From Takakia lepidozioides (taxonomy: Eukaryota > Plantae > Bryophyta): a stretch of 64,000 bases of DNA. The translations under genes were made by a program, and so were the position numbers. Below the pieces are notes generated by a model. It was given only the letters and a program-made list of their open reading frames with translations, did no database searches and was not told the origin of the DNA. The DNA is taken from assembly GCA_030704615.1 (NCBI GenBank), contig CM060734.1:61070001-61134000 (forward strand), in the 5' to 3' direction. Numbering within the stretch: the first letter of the stretch is position 1; the number at the start of each line of letters is the position of its first letter. Positions 12,114 to 25,423 of the stretch are shown here, piece after piece.

Positions 12114-12343
12114 TTATTATTATTATTATTATTAAGGAAACATGTGAGCGACAACCCACAATTCAGGCCCTTGAGGAGGGGGAAAGATTAACCCCCTTTC
12201 ATTTATGGGCCATGAGACCTACACGACGATCAACGCCCAGACATACCGTCATGGACAATCCCACACACGGGGCAGGGCAGCAGGTTCGAACCCCAAACCA
12301 CCAGAGACACACACTGTTGCACTTACCAGCTGAGATACCAGCC
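12114..12343 (-). mobile_element. tRNA-derived SINE, full-length copy
   Basis: Minus-strand head GGCTGGTATCTCAGCTGGT (A box) and GGTTCGAACC (B box, 12283-12292), unique body, (TAA)n tail. Homologous copy at the window end and a short 3' fragment at ~12056-12095. Confidence 0.8.
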
Positions 12344-12534
12344 GATGTGCTTTTTTTAAAATCTCAAACCTCCTCCATCTTGCATTGGAAATTAATACCA
12401 AAATATTATGCAATATCTTATCAGTTTTCTCTTTTACCATTGATTGTTTTTTTTTGCATTTTGTACATATTGAAGAAATATATATATATATATATATATA
12501 TTCTTTAAAACCATTAAATTATATATTAATTGAA

Positions 12535-12752
12535 ATAACTATCCATACCCGGAAACTATTCATACCCTCGGGCATATATATATCCATACCCGGGGGTTAT
12601 ATAGAAATCTGAAAAGTTATTTACCCATACCCGGAGGGTAAATAATTTTTTGAGATTTCAATTTATCCATACCCGGAGGGTAAATGATTTGACAAAAATA
12701 ATTTACTTATACCCTAAGGGTATATTGAAATCAATATACGCGCGCAACACTG
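12535..12752. repeat. Repeated (T)ATCCATACCCGG motif, possible end of a non-autonomous hAT-like element
   Basis: About six motif copies ending in AACACTG (reverse complement CAGTGTT); partner end not found. Confidence 0.4.
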
Positions 12753-13042
12753 GTTTGTACTGGGAGGTTTTTTTTTGCCCGCTGTTTTAATACATTACTG
12801 GCCCTTCCATCGGTAAAAAACCAAAAAAATAATACAAATACAAATGTTATTAGGTAGACATATTAGCTTTATAGAAGTATTTATAAAGCTAAAAAAAAGT
12901 ATTTATTTGGACATCATTCCAGTAATACTCAACCTTGCGTGTACCTAACTGAGGGCTGTGATAAGGCGTGCTGCTTCGTTTTAGTGTAGTCGACAAGACA
13001 GAAGAGGGAGACACAGACTGAGCCAGGGTTCAAGGGAGAGCC

Positions 13043-15144
13043 ATGGCATCGCTGCATGCGGCGGGTATTCAGAGCTCGCTGTGGGGCCATGCGGAGGCTG
13101 GAAGCTGCACTGCTTTTAAGTCCTCTGCTCTTTCCGGCAGCTCCAGACGGTTTATCAAGGTTGACGGGAGTGGATGGAGGAGGACACGTAAGAGTTTATG
13201 TCCTCAGGGCGCACTCATGCAGGGAGCACCGCCTATGCTCAGCCACGAAGTTAAGAAAAGGTATGTCTGAATTGTACTGTGCTTGTGCTCCTTCAATTGA
13301 TTCACGAAGATATACCCTCTATCACCAAAGCGTAAACTGGAGGTTGAAAAACCTAGCGCTCACAGCTTCCAAGATTCAAACGAAAGGCCCTGGGGAGTGT
13401 GATAGTCCCGGAATTTAAGAGCATCCCAACATTGTACTGTAAAGATTTTTCCCCATCCGCTCTCTCTTCCTCTCTTCCCTCTTCTGTCCTCTCTGTCTCT
13501 GTGTCTCTCAGCTCCCTCCCCCAGAAATATGTCTGATCCTTGCTTTCACTCCAGGTGTACCCCTTCGCTTCGGGCACTCTTGGAGTAGCAGGAGGATAAA
13601 GTACTAAGGTGCTGTTCAAAAGGTGCTCTTTCTCTTTCTCCTCCCCCCGTCCCCCGCATCAAATTTCTTCCGGTGGGTAAACCTGCACATTCGGAAAGAC
13701 GCATCGGCACTGAGGCTTTCGGGTTACATCCTGCGGTCCACGGGCTGAAGTTATCAGCTGCACCACTCCCCTGTGCTGGTTTTCTGTTACCCTACTGCTT
13801 GAAAGCAGTTAGAAGCATTTCCAAGCTACCAGCTGGTTTACTGATCGTTTCTTTGGCACATGCAGGACGCCTGTTGAGGAACTGCAGAAGTTGAGCCTGA
13901 TAACAGCCATAAAGACACCTTACCTTTGGAATGGAGGCATCGATTATGATACCTATCATAGACTCATGGACGCCCAAATTAAGAATGGTGTGGAAGGTGT
14001 TGTTGTGGGGGGCACCACAGGGGAAGGCCAGCTCATGGACTGGAATGAACACATCACGCTCATCTGCTACACTGTCATTAACTTTAAAGACAAAATTAAA
14101 GTGTTAGGTGAGTTCTTGTGCATTTTAGGTACGCATGTCTGTTAGAATTTTCCTTTGTGACAATACAGCTCTTTATTTTCTTCATTCAAAGGGCTCATGC
14201 AACAAGTTTTGTTAAACAGGCAACACTGGAAGCAACTGCACAAGGGAAGCATACAATGCAACTGAGCAGGGATTTAGACTTGGGATGCATGGAGCTCTTC
14301 ATATCAATCCCTACTATGGGAAAACATCAAAGGAGGGCATGATCCGTCATTTCAAAAGTGTGTTGACAATGGGTCCAACAGTGATATACAATGTACCTGG
14401 GCGAACGGCCCAAGACATCCCTCCTTCTATTATTGAAGAGATTTCAGGGAGCCCAAATTTTGCAGGAGTGAAGGAATGCATGGGTAATGATCGTGTGGGA
14501 CATTATGCCAAGCAGGGCCTGGTTATCTGGAGTGGGAACGACGACGAATGCCATGATGCCAGGTGGGTTCAGTTCTCCGCGAAAGTGTAGATCTGTGTTG
14601 AGGAAATCAAGGGTCCATATAAGGTGGCATTTCACTATATAAGGGTCATTTGAAAAAAATCACTTTTTTCGTAAAGGATCAACATTGATTTCTAATGGTC
14701 AGGGAGTTTCCAAGGGATTAAGGTCCATCACTGGTGAAATTCCACTACATTGTGGTACTGTTCTGAAGTTGACCCTGCAACTCATGACAAATTTTTTACA
14801 GGTGGGATTATGGAGCAAGGGGGGTAATCTCGGTAGTCAGCAATCTTGTGCCTGGGTTGATGCATGACCTGCTTTTTGATGGTAGAAACCAAGAGCTCAA
14901 CGAAAAACTGGGGCCATTGATTAAGTGGTTGTTTGTGGAGCCCAACCCAATTGGCTTGAACACTGCACTGTCACAGCTGGGCATGATCCAGCCTGTTTTT
15001 CGTCCGCCATATGTGCCGCTCCCCATTGAGAAGCGGCAGGAGTTTGTGCAAATTGTTAGGAGTATCGGCCGAGAACATTTTGTAGGTGACAAGGATGCCC
15101 GAGTTCTGGAGGACCACGACTTCAATATCATCAGTTATGGCTGA
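13043..15144 (+). CDS. DHDPS: Plastid 4-hydroxy-tetrahydrodipicolinate synthase (dihydrodipicolinate synthase)
   Basis: Exons 13043-13260, 13866-14107, 14220-14562, 14802-15144. Motifs [50 protein letters not shown]; Ser/Arg-rich transit peptide. Confidence 0.96.
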
Positions 15145-16769
15145 GATGAGCTTGTTCGAGCTTGTTCTTTTATGATCATGCATGTTCCTGGACTACAGAA
15201 TGGACCTCAGTCCATGAGGATACAGATAGCTATATATTTCAGTTTGGTCACTGAAAAAGTTTTGGCTTCATTCACCCGAGTTATTACAATTGAACCTGCG
15301 TCTCCTGTTTGTGTACACATAGGAAGGGTGTATTCCTTGAACACGGTGCACCTGACCAAGTTTTGAAATTGACAAGTGGATAGAATAAATGCAGCATATT
15401 GTGTCCTACACGGGACCTACACGTACAATCCATGTGCTATGCTCGATCTGACAGCCATAAAAATTGTCTGTTTGCTGGTGTTGCATCACAACCATACTAG
15501 TCTCCCTGGAGCAGATTGCTGTTTCAGAAGAAAAGGAGAATCGATTTGAAGGTGCAGATATATATATATGCTCATCGTTGGGTGACTCAAACCACTTTCC
15601 GGATGACTTTGAATGACCTTTGATCCCAACTGAGAATAGATGGTAGGCATGTGTTCGTCTTCTAAGACAAGTATTGAATCCATATCAACGTGAGTATCAA
15701 AACCCACCGTTGTGCATAGAGGGTTTGCACCCTCATATCAAAGTTCATCACCATAGCAGCACACTCTTGTCAGATGGCTTATTTCCCGACTGGACTTGTT
15801 GCAAAGAATGTAGCACTGGACTTGTTGCAAAGAATGTAGCACGGGAATGAAGAACACAATACATTTTCCACTTAATAAGTCTTGGTATGAGCTTTATAAT
15901 TTTGAGTTGATAGGATGATACAACCATGAGTTGTACAGATCAAAATTGGACTGATGCATCACCAAATATATATAGTTGGGCTTTATAAAAAGCTCCTCAA
16001 ACATGCTTCTTATATTTCGAGTCTTGCAATTTACAGAAGTTCCAGCTTCTCCACTCGGGCAAGGATGGCATCATCGGCACCGCATCTCCGCCTCTGCAGT
16101 TCATTGGAAAGACACCATCCCCCCCAATGGGAAGTCTCTGGCTAGGGGGAGAGGTCGACTTTAACTGGCGCCACCAGCGAGCTAGGGACTCCAAGGCTAA
16201 AACTCAGCTTAATTTTTAGAACTCTGGCTTCTTTTTGCAGGACTTACTTTGCTGTGGGTCACTGTGTCTCAGGATATGTCTCTTCTGATGTCTCTTCTGA
16301 TTTCTCGTAGGCCTACATCCCAAAAACTCTCAACCCACTTCATAAACCTTTCTGCAACAAGAAACGTAACTTTATTACCCAATAGACTATCAATATTCCA
16401 TTTACAATCAACACTTCGAAACGTATACAGTCCTCTATAATCGATATCTAAATTGATACTCGGATGGTGTAGTACTCGGATGATATCTCTGTTAATATTT
16501 TGTTGAAAACTCAGTTGATATCAGAGTTACAAAAAAATGCTTGTTCTGTACAGTGTTTGGACACATTCTACACAAAGTTAATGAACAAGCTTGATAGTAA
16601 TGAAATGCATGGCTCTGTTTGAGTCGTCGTCAAGCTGCAGATATCCAGCTTGCCATTGCAAACCTCCTTGCAACAATCGTAAAAGGCAAGATTAGATGAC
16701 CATTCAAATTTCGAGTTATTTGATAGTTCTGGATAAATTGATCTGAAATTGATGTAGTAAATAACACAT

Positions 16770-18350
16770 ATCTTGCAACCAAATTTAGTGCTGACCACAA
16801 CCGATTGTTGAAGGCATCCAGCTGGGAAGCAGTTGTCACGGACATAGCCCAGAGGAACTTACCAGGAGTAAATACCAGAAATTACCAAGTTACCACGTTA
16901 CCACGTTATCAAAAGTTACCGTGATTTATCACAAGTTACCATTAGTTACCAAGTTATCGGAAATTTACCAAATTATCGAGAGTAACTTGGGAAACTGCTC
17001 AGGAAGCTTCATTTGGAGGAAATTTCTCCATCAAGATACCTCATTTGTTTAAGGAAACTTCTCCATCAAGAAACCTCTTTTGTTTAAGGAAACTTCTTCA
17101 TCAAGAAACCTTTGTTTAACCTTGGAAATTTCTCCATCAAGAAATCTCCATTGGGGAAGCTTTTTAGGGAACTTCCTAGTAGCCAGTATATATAGGAGGC
17201 GAGACTGGACACTCTTCAGTCTCGCCAACACAAGTTCAAGCTACTTTTGTTCCCAGTCCCAGTACTTCAGTCCAATTTCCAGTACTTTAGTCCAGTTTCC
17301 AGTATTTGATACTCAGTCCAGTTTCTAGCATTTTAGTATTCGAGTCGAGTTCCAGTATCTTGTACTCTTGTCCATTGTTATAAAGATCATCTTGATTCAT
17401 GTTTATCCATCATGCATTCGGCCATGCCGACCTTGACTTCTTGTCTAGTCTTGTACCTCTAGTCTAATATCTTATTTGTGTTCAGTCATGTTCATAACAA
17501 TGGACAAGAGTACAAGATACTGGAACTCAACTCGAATACTGGAATGTTGGAAACTGGACTGGGTTCCCAGATACTCAATGGAGAAGTTTTCAAAGTTAAA
17601 CAGAGGTTTCTTGATGAAGAAGTTTCCTTAAACAAAAAAGGTTTCTTGATGGAGAAGTTTCCTTAAACAAAGAAGGTATCTTGATGGAGAAGTTTCCTCC
17701 AAATGATGCTTCCTGAAGAGTTTCCCAAGTTACTCTCGCTAATTTGGTAAACTCCCGGTAATTTGATAATCAATAGTAATTTGTGGTAAATCATGGTAGA
17801 TCATGATAAATCACGATAAATCATATTAACTTTTGGTAACTTGGTAACTTGATAATTTCTGATATTTACTCCTGATAAATTCCTCTGGGCTATGTCCGTG
17901 ACAGCAGTAATGATAAAATCCCCTGAAACAACCCCGGGTATAGTTATAGGATCTTGATCATAAATCTGATCAGCAGGTAAAACTAAACTATCCCCAATGG
18001 ACTGACCAACTGCATCCAGCATAAGGGTCTGTGCCCTACCAATTGAAGGTCCATAGGTTATGTCAGGTCTGGCAGAACACATTCTTGGCACACAATGCCA
18101 GCGCTCAATGAGAATAGTACGAGCTGCCTTGTTGACATGTAAAAACACGGCAACGCGGGTTTGGCCGTTGCTATTCCTTAGCGCTGACTCAAAGACTCCG
18201 AAACACCGATTTCGACCAGAAAGGATGGCCAAGCAATGGGATCAAGACGAGTAGTAGGCATGTATGAAATATCCGGCTCTTTAGACCTACGAGGGTTCAC
18301 ATATCTACACGTACCGGTAAGAAATAAAGAACTCCGCGCATGCTTCGTCA
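16770..18350 (-). pseudogene. Uma2-like PD-(D/E)XK nuclease remnant, interrupted by the foldback element
   Basis: SKEPDISYMP...WPSFLVEIGVSESLSQ, then frameshifted NSNGQTRVAVFLHV...ILIERW; the frame resumes across the insertion (GDFIITA-SQLDAFNNRLWSAL). Confidence 0.6.
16834..17903. mobile_element. 1070-bp foldback element with long terminal inverted repeats, TGT..ACA ends, 5-bp TSD GCAGT
   Basis: TGTCACGGACATAGCCCAGAGGAA at 16834 and its reverse complement ending at 17903; GCAGT at 16829-16833 and 17904-17908; arms meet at ~17381/17494. Confidence 0.9.
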
Positions 18351-19499
18351 AAATGGACTCTGTCAAGTTAAATAAGCACAGTGTGAAACTAACTAGAATA
18401 AAGCTAGTTATTTGTATTTAACACTTGGATTTAAGCCAAGTGTTAAGTCAGGTGTCAAGTTTAGTTTGACACCTGAACCGTTTTATCTTCACGAGAGCGT
18501 CAGTCGCGCGGCTCATCTCTCTCGAGTTGAGCCTGCGCGACCGAGCTCCTGCATTGTTGAGGACTGAGTGTGCTTATGATGGGAGTATAGGTTGTTGTGG
18601 GATGGAGTCCCCATAGCTTGGGGTGCCCCTGGCTCGACTTCTATTTTAAAAAGTGATAGCGATGGATTCATGTTGTTTCTGGTGTGAACAGTGTGTCTCT
18701 TAGCTTTCTATCACTCGAGAGATTGGATAGTTGTGTAGCGATATGTATGCGCACGACAACTCAAAAGTTCGCATGAAGTCGCCGCTTGTGCCATTGTGAG
18801 CTACACCTCCCATCAACTTCACAATAAGCGTATTTTCAATCAAGTTATAGAGACAAGACATCTTGGGAAGGGTAGAGGCCTTTCTCTCATGTAAACGAGA
18901 AATATCTTCAAAATCTTGAATTCGGACACCATTGAAGCCAAAAAGGGCAACCAATGCCCTTATCAACAGTCTTCAACAGAGCCCGACACTTCAACTTGAA
19001 AGCTGCTGCAGAAGAGAAACTGACAGCCTCGATATCGGGATATAAATCCTGAGCTGCGTCTCAAATCGATCGAAATACTGTAACTTATTACAGACTTGGC
19101 CTCCCAGTCCTCTCCATATAGCATCGCCATTTCTCGAATCATAGACCTAACCAAAGTAAAACAGTAGAACAGAAAATTTAAAAACAGTAAAATACGTTAT
19201 CTCAAGTAAAGCACGCTACCGTGACATAGCCATATCGACTGCTGGTAAAAAAACACTCTAACGATTAGATCCAACATAGGCACAACCAACAAATTGACGT
19301 GATTCTTGATCCTTTAAGCAAGTTTGGAGACCAGGCTGCGATTGGCGGACAGAGGTACAAGCTCCAGCAAATGAAGGAAAATAACGTCATATTCTTAAGC
19401 ATCACTGCAACCCATAATTACAAAGGAGATGAACGAACACTAGCACGACCTCGACCTTCACATCCACGAACCAAACAGAACAGAATTGAGAACATCGTC

Positions 19500-20650
19500 A
19501 TACCCTCGCCAGACCCACAATCTCATCATCGTGATCACTAATTCGTCACCAAGAACAAGCTCCAATCCAAAAAGCGACACGTACTATCGACACAATGCAA
19601 ATCCAGAACCCACCCACAAACCATATCCAACCGGCATAAACTAGAATCAGTAGAAAGATTCAGAAGCTCCACCAACCTCTCAAAACGATATCTAAAATCC
19701 TCAATTCAAACTCCCCAGCTCCTCTGACCCACAAATGCAGCGTCGCCTCGAAGCAATTGACGAAACTCCGCTCTCCTCAATGCGCCCACGCCAGCAAAAT
19801 CTCCATCGAATCCAAGCAAGAACTGCACCCAACGATCGCGCACAACCTCCCAATTAGCTCCACCCCGCGAACAAACTTCCTCAACGACAAACGCTTCAAA
19901 AGAACTACCAATTCTCTTTCTCTCTCAATCTCTCCTACTTCGGATGCACAAAGTAAGCTAGTGATGTCCATACCACATCCTATTTGCCACCGGAACCTCA
20001 CTCCACCACAACGAATTCAACACCACCACCTCCAAACCCGACGACAAATCCACACGAAAACCACGCAAAACGCTAACCTCCTTCCACACACCTAATCATC
20101 AACACACGCCCGCTACACCCTAGTTACTTCTTTCCTACATAGACACCCTCTCCCTCTGCCTGGCACTATGACTGTTCTAGGCTCCGCATTCTATCCCTGC
20201 TCTGCTGTCTTCGTAACTTATTCTAAAGCTCTCCTTTGAAGCTCTTGGATTTCTGGTCATGGGGTGTATCCCCTCTGTTAGCCTTCACACCCCCCGGAGG
20301 TTATTTTTTCCACTTCTTTGTACCTTCATCCATCCATTAATAAAATTCCAGGGCCACTGTCCCCTGTTCTGTATTAAAAGAAAAAGGAAAAAAATTACAG
20401 AAGTGGACTTTTGATTAATGTACTCGAAAGTCTTTGGTTGCGGCCATAGACCCCTGTGGGGAAAAATAAACAGATGCAGAGGGGAAAGGGAGGATTGTAG
20501 GCAACCCCAAGACAATATCCATTTTCTGGTCTGGGGTCGTCTTTGTCATTATCAAGGAAGAGATTTTGTCAACTGTTTGCCACAGATGCCACAAGGAGGG
20601 ACATGTTCTTGCGGATTGCCCAGATGCTGCAAAATGTGCGTTCGAAATTA
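19500..20650. mobile_element. Highly decayed retroelement (LINE-like) fragments
   Basis: CHRCHKEGHVLADC zinc knuckle on plus at ~20578-20620; RLD..SDH-like remnants on minus at ~19530-19640. Confidence 0.4.
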
Positions 20651-21398
20651 GGTCTGCTCTTACCAGAGAGTGACCCTCTTCAGGACCATCAATAACACCT
20701 CTGTTCACCAACTTCCAAAATCTCGAGGCTGAGCCTAAAGCCCTGGCCCTGTTCAGGTCTAACTTTTGGGCTGCTCAGAGTGATGCTTCTGTGAAGGGCT
20801 TTCTAGAGGATATCTCGAAAGTCCAAAGTAAATGTTTATTTCAACTCACACTACTGGAGTGAGCTGCTCACAAAGGTAGTACCTGTTTCAAAGGTAGGCT
20901 CCCCGCCCTGAGTTTATTTCAGTCTAGTGCCAGAGGGTAGTTAGGCCCTTCAGATCATCCATAAGAGTCCTTGCCCATGTGACAGACTGGAGACAAGTTC
21001 AGTTTATGCCTAACTTCATTTTCATCGGACAGTCTTTGGGCATCAGACATGGCAACACGGTCAGCTTCGTCCAGTAGAGTCAACTCTTCTGGACTAGTAT
21101 TCAGATACTTGAAATTCTCTTCTACCCTTTTCCCCCATTTTTGATTAGAAACCCACTTCAAGAAGCAGCTTGAGCACATGGACAAGACATATGATGCCTT
21201 TGCCTAACTCGTGAGGCACATTTCATCATCATAAAGTTTGTGCAATGGATCTCTTGAAACATTTGTGCTAAAATTTCATGGTGCAGTGCATCCATCCACA
21301 TAACTATATGACCTCAATGACAATAGAAAAGTCTGCTTTACAATAATGCACCAAAGTGTTGCTTCTGCCTCTGCCTATGGTACATTCAGACTGATGTA

Positions 21399-23940
21399 CT
21401 ACTCTGAAGATGAAGGACTGGAGGCCATTCCTTGAAGCAAACTTTCGAGCTTAATGTTGACGCACTCCAGCAGGTGTATTTGCTGCAACCGGGTTCGCTC
21501 CATGGTCGTACCCCATTTCTCCATGTGCTCAACATGCTGCTGAAGGATACCCCTCATCACCTGTTCACGGTTTAGATAGATGGAACACCAACCAAGTTTG
21601 TGGAGACGCTTTATGGCTTTATGTTGGGACTACAGATAAGACGTACATTGGACAAGAACACATCATAGCAGGAGATCTGAAAGAAAGGAAGTCGATTCTG
21701 TGGTTCTCTGGGGGCATCCGAAGTGCATAAAGACTATTGGAATTACCCAAAGTAGGATATCAACTTGAAGAAATTTCAATGACCCCTGCCAGCTTGAGAG
21801 TTGGAAGTAACAGGAAAATTGCTAGGCACAGTCACTTGCAAGGCAGTCAGACCAGGAGGTGATGCGGTGATTGTGTCAAGAACATGATAATTCAATTTGG
21901 TGCCAGTTAAGAAGCAATGTTTACCTCTCCCTGCTGGCGGACAGATTCTTCCCTCTCCTCGCAAGCTTTGAGCTGTGCACATAATAGCACTTGTGTGTCT
22001 CTCAGGAGCTGGAATGCATGAACCTTTTTCAGCCGTTTGGCAAGGGGCAGCCCTTGTCTGCAGGGTTGTTCTTTACTGGCCAGGATTGTCTCTCCAGAGG
22101 GATCCTCCATTTGCTTGGTTTGAATACTGAATGGGCTTCCCCCATCCCCAGCCGCACCTGAACTGCTCATGCAATTTAAGTCCAGGCTTTGTATCCTGAC
22201 TCCATGTTGGGGTGGCAAGCCCTTCTCTTGGCTGTCTACTACATTGAGATTCGCCCACTGTCCATTTTCCAGCCCCATCCCTTCCTCCCTCCATGATCTG
22301 CCTCTTTGCCTCCCATGCTTTTTGTCTCTCTCAGGGCCAGCAAGCAGATTCCCAACCTTATTTTCAGGTACGTTGTTGCCTCTTGAAACCTGCTGTTGTG
22401 TTAACACTTCTACATTTGTGACTGCCTTTCCATCATTGATGACAGACCTCTCTTCCACATTATTTTCTGCTTCCTGGGGGGACACTAGATCCCCTTGGGA
22501 AGTCTCACCAGTCAATTGCCTCCTCCTTGATGGCAAGCAAACTTCCTGTCCTCTCTCTCTTTTCCCAATAAATCCCTCCTCTGTCTCTTCCAGGCACCCT
22601 TCTTCCTCCTGTGTTCCCTCCTCAATGTCGGACTTGCAAAGCTCCAGAATCATTGGTGAAATTTTGGGGTTCTGATTTCCAGTTTTGCTGCCAAAATCTT
22701 GCCAAATTTCATAGAAACGGGGCTTCAGGAGCTCACGGCCAACAGAGCTGGGATCTGAACTCTCTTTCTTTTTGGACAGCATGGTGTACTTGGCACACTC
22801 TCTGCGAACCTTATAGTACTTGCTCTGGCATTGATGCTTGGTAAACTCCCTGCCAAATTTGTCATTCATCAAGCACAGAATTGGTCCCCATTTATTGTGA
22901 TACTTGCTTTTGCCACCGGTCTCAGAGTAAAGTTCTGCATGGATGGCTTCATAACTCTCAAACAAAAACCTCACCATGTCTTCGTTCCATTTGCCAAATT
23001 CAACTGTCATTTCCTCCCCTTCCAGGATACTTTCTCGAGAGGAACAATCAGCTGCAGCCTGGGGAGCTGCATTTGCATGAGGCTTTCTCTGTCCTTCCAC
23101 TCCTGCATCCTCTGTTGTTATTCCTGATCTACAATGTTGTCTCTCTCCTATTTCACCCTTGAACTCAGTGGAAAAAGTATTATTCTTCCCCTCGTCATTT
23201 GGTTCCCGAATTCCCCTGGAACCATTCTCTGAAACATACATTGTGTCGCCAGCAGCAGCAGCAATATCCTGGCGGTCTTGCACGGTCCTGGGCTGCTGGG
23301 GGCCCTGAGAAACAAAACAATCTGCTTCTGCTAGTGCACCTTTCTCTTTGGTGGCAGTGCTTGCAACGGAAGGCACTTTATCACTGGATTTGTTCAGAGG
23401 AGGACGCGGCAGCAACAGACTGCGACCCCGGCTGGCTTTGGCGCCGCTCCCTGCCATTCTATCCGTGTTAGCAAGACCACCAAGGTCTCGACTTGCTTGG
23501 TGCAAACCGGCATAGTACCCTCGTGGCTGAAAGCCTGCTTTTGGGGGAAATCCATGGAAGACACGAGGATTCCATCCAGGACCGGGTCCGTAGCCACAGA
23601 GAGCGAACGTTGAGGGGGCGGGAGGACCAGACATTTCTGTCCCGCTAGTCGGTGATTTCGCTGGGGAAGCAGGAGGGATAGCGGGAGGATGATATTGAGC
23701 AGCGACGGACGGAGGAGGGTCAGGGGAGGGGTATAAGCCCGGAGTGAAAGGAGGGAGGTATGGAACTGGTGTGAAGGCAGTAGAATGACTTCCATATGAA
23801 TGCCAGGCATAATGCGCAGCTGGGGAAATGTACGGAGTCCTTGCGATCGGGAAGAATTGGGCAGGTTTGCTTGCTGTGGTCGTCAATCTAGTGGTTGCCA
23901 CAGCCCCTGGACGATTAAGTGCGGGGGAGGACGATGCCAT
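21399..23940 (-). CDS. Myb/SANT-like (trihelix-type) DNA-binding protein with C-terminal coiled coil
   Basis: 677-aa ORF containing KWNEDMVRFL...KWGPI...FTKHQCQSKY...PRFYE; predicted intron 21924-21561 joins a last exon 21560-21399 (VMRGILQQHVEHMEKW...SE*). Confidence 0.75.
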
Positions 23941-25206
23941 GGGGATCTGGGTTGCCTGATGGATATTAACTAGCGATTACCGTAACTGCATTGAGGTGGA
24001 CATCAACCCGTAGCCATCACACAGGTGGTGCATGTCTACCCGAGGCAAGGGGAAGATACTGGAGGCCAAAGGAGGCTTCAGGACAGGACTACGCACAAAC
24101 AAAGGTGGAATCAATGAATCGCGAAAGCTACATGATCGGAAAATCCACGACGACGCCGTAGCCTCGAGCTCCACAAAATGGAGAAGCTCGTCTGTCTCTC
24201 TCCGTCGGTTTGACAATCTTCCGCACTCCAAAAGAGGTATCAAGTGCTCAGGCTGTATCGACTGTGATCAGATCACTTCTGAGTATGTCGGGCTCCAGAA
24301 TTAATCAAAGAGCACCTCCCTGTTTCTTTCCGTCAGCCGAACCGACCAAAGAAAACAATGTTTTATATTCAAGAAACCGAACTCAAATCACGTTCTGACA
24401 CCATAACTGTAACGCCACAGCTTGTTTCTCAATCTGCAGAACCCGAACATAGTCTCCCACTCTCATCCGGAAAAACTCTGCAACCTCAAATCTCTCTTGC
24501 AGAAATTCCTCTTCACCGAATTCTCCTCTCTACCAGATGCGAATCCAATTCCTTTCTATCAACTTGAAAGATCATCACGACCAAACCAAATACCTCTCCA
24601 CCGACAATATCTGTTGAATATAAACATCGGGCCCTCTCAGTCACCAAAATAATCTTCGGTCCACCTCGATGTAACCCAATTTCACATTCCAGGCGTGATC
24701 TTGTCAGCAATTGAAGCTCAACCTCCACCATCACCTCTTGTTCCAGATTCAAATCACCTCACGGAAGACTCCGATTCCCCATCAGAATTCTCCAAAACCT
24801 TTTCACAGAACTCAGTTGTATGGATTCAACCGTCGTGGAGAGATGATGGTGCACTCCATCGCCACAAGCTCGGCTCAGCTCAGCTCAGCTCCACTCCACT
24901 GAGGTGTCTCTGCGGGAAGCTGCCTCGAGGTGGATGAACAGCCGGCCCCAGTGGATGAAAGTTAGGTTCTATCGACACGATCGTCCGGGTCCAGGTCCGC
25001 AAGCCGGGTGCCGGCACCTGGATTTACGTACGTGGCCGCAGCTGGCACGTCTCCAGTTGGCCTTTCATGCGTGGTAGACTCCGGAGCTCAGCACGTGGCC
25101 TCACGGACTGCAGACTCTATCCACGTGTCATATTGAACCTGGGTGAACCTTTTGAGATGAACAGAGTGGTTCGTATGGTGATCGGTTCTGTTCGTTCGGA
25201 TGCTGG

Positions 25207-25215
25207 TTTCCCGCC
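25207..25215 (+). promoter_or_regulatory. E2F-binding site upstream of DPB2
   Basis: TTTCCCGCC matches the TTTSSCGS consensus ~210 bp before the ATG of a replication gene; a telo-box (TTTAGGGTTT) is at 25311-25320. Confidence 0.6.
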
Positions 25216-25423
25216 CATTCTAGTGCTGTGGAGCTTGGGCAGCTTTCATGGCGTCGCTCGCAGACAAGAGCGGGCAACGGGGCGTGGAGGTGTGAAGAAA
25301 GAGTAGATGGTTTAGGGTTTAGAGAGGAGAAAGAGGAGATGGTTGTGGTGGTAGGGATGATCGGACCTGGGGTTGTAGCTCCATAGGATAATCTGGAACC
25401 GTGTCGAGGGCGAAAGGGAAGGG

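Noticed and set aside
12270-12343. tRNA gene
   Set aside because: A and B boxes are present but I see no acceptor stem or anticodon arm; body and tail are shared with a second copy.
15789-15840. 26-bp tandem duplication
   Set aside because: Simple slippage with no evident function.
17049-17666. Twin ORFs ending KVKQRFLDEEVSLNK
   Set aside because: By-products of the inverted repeat arms.
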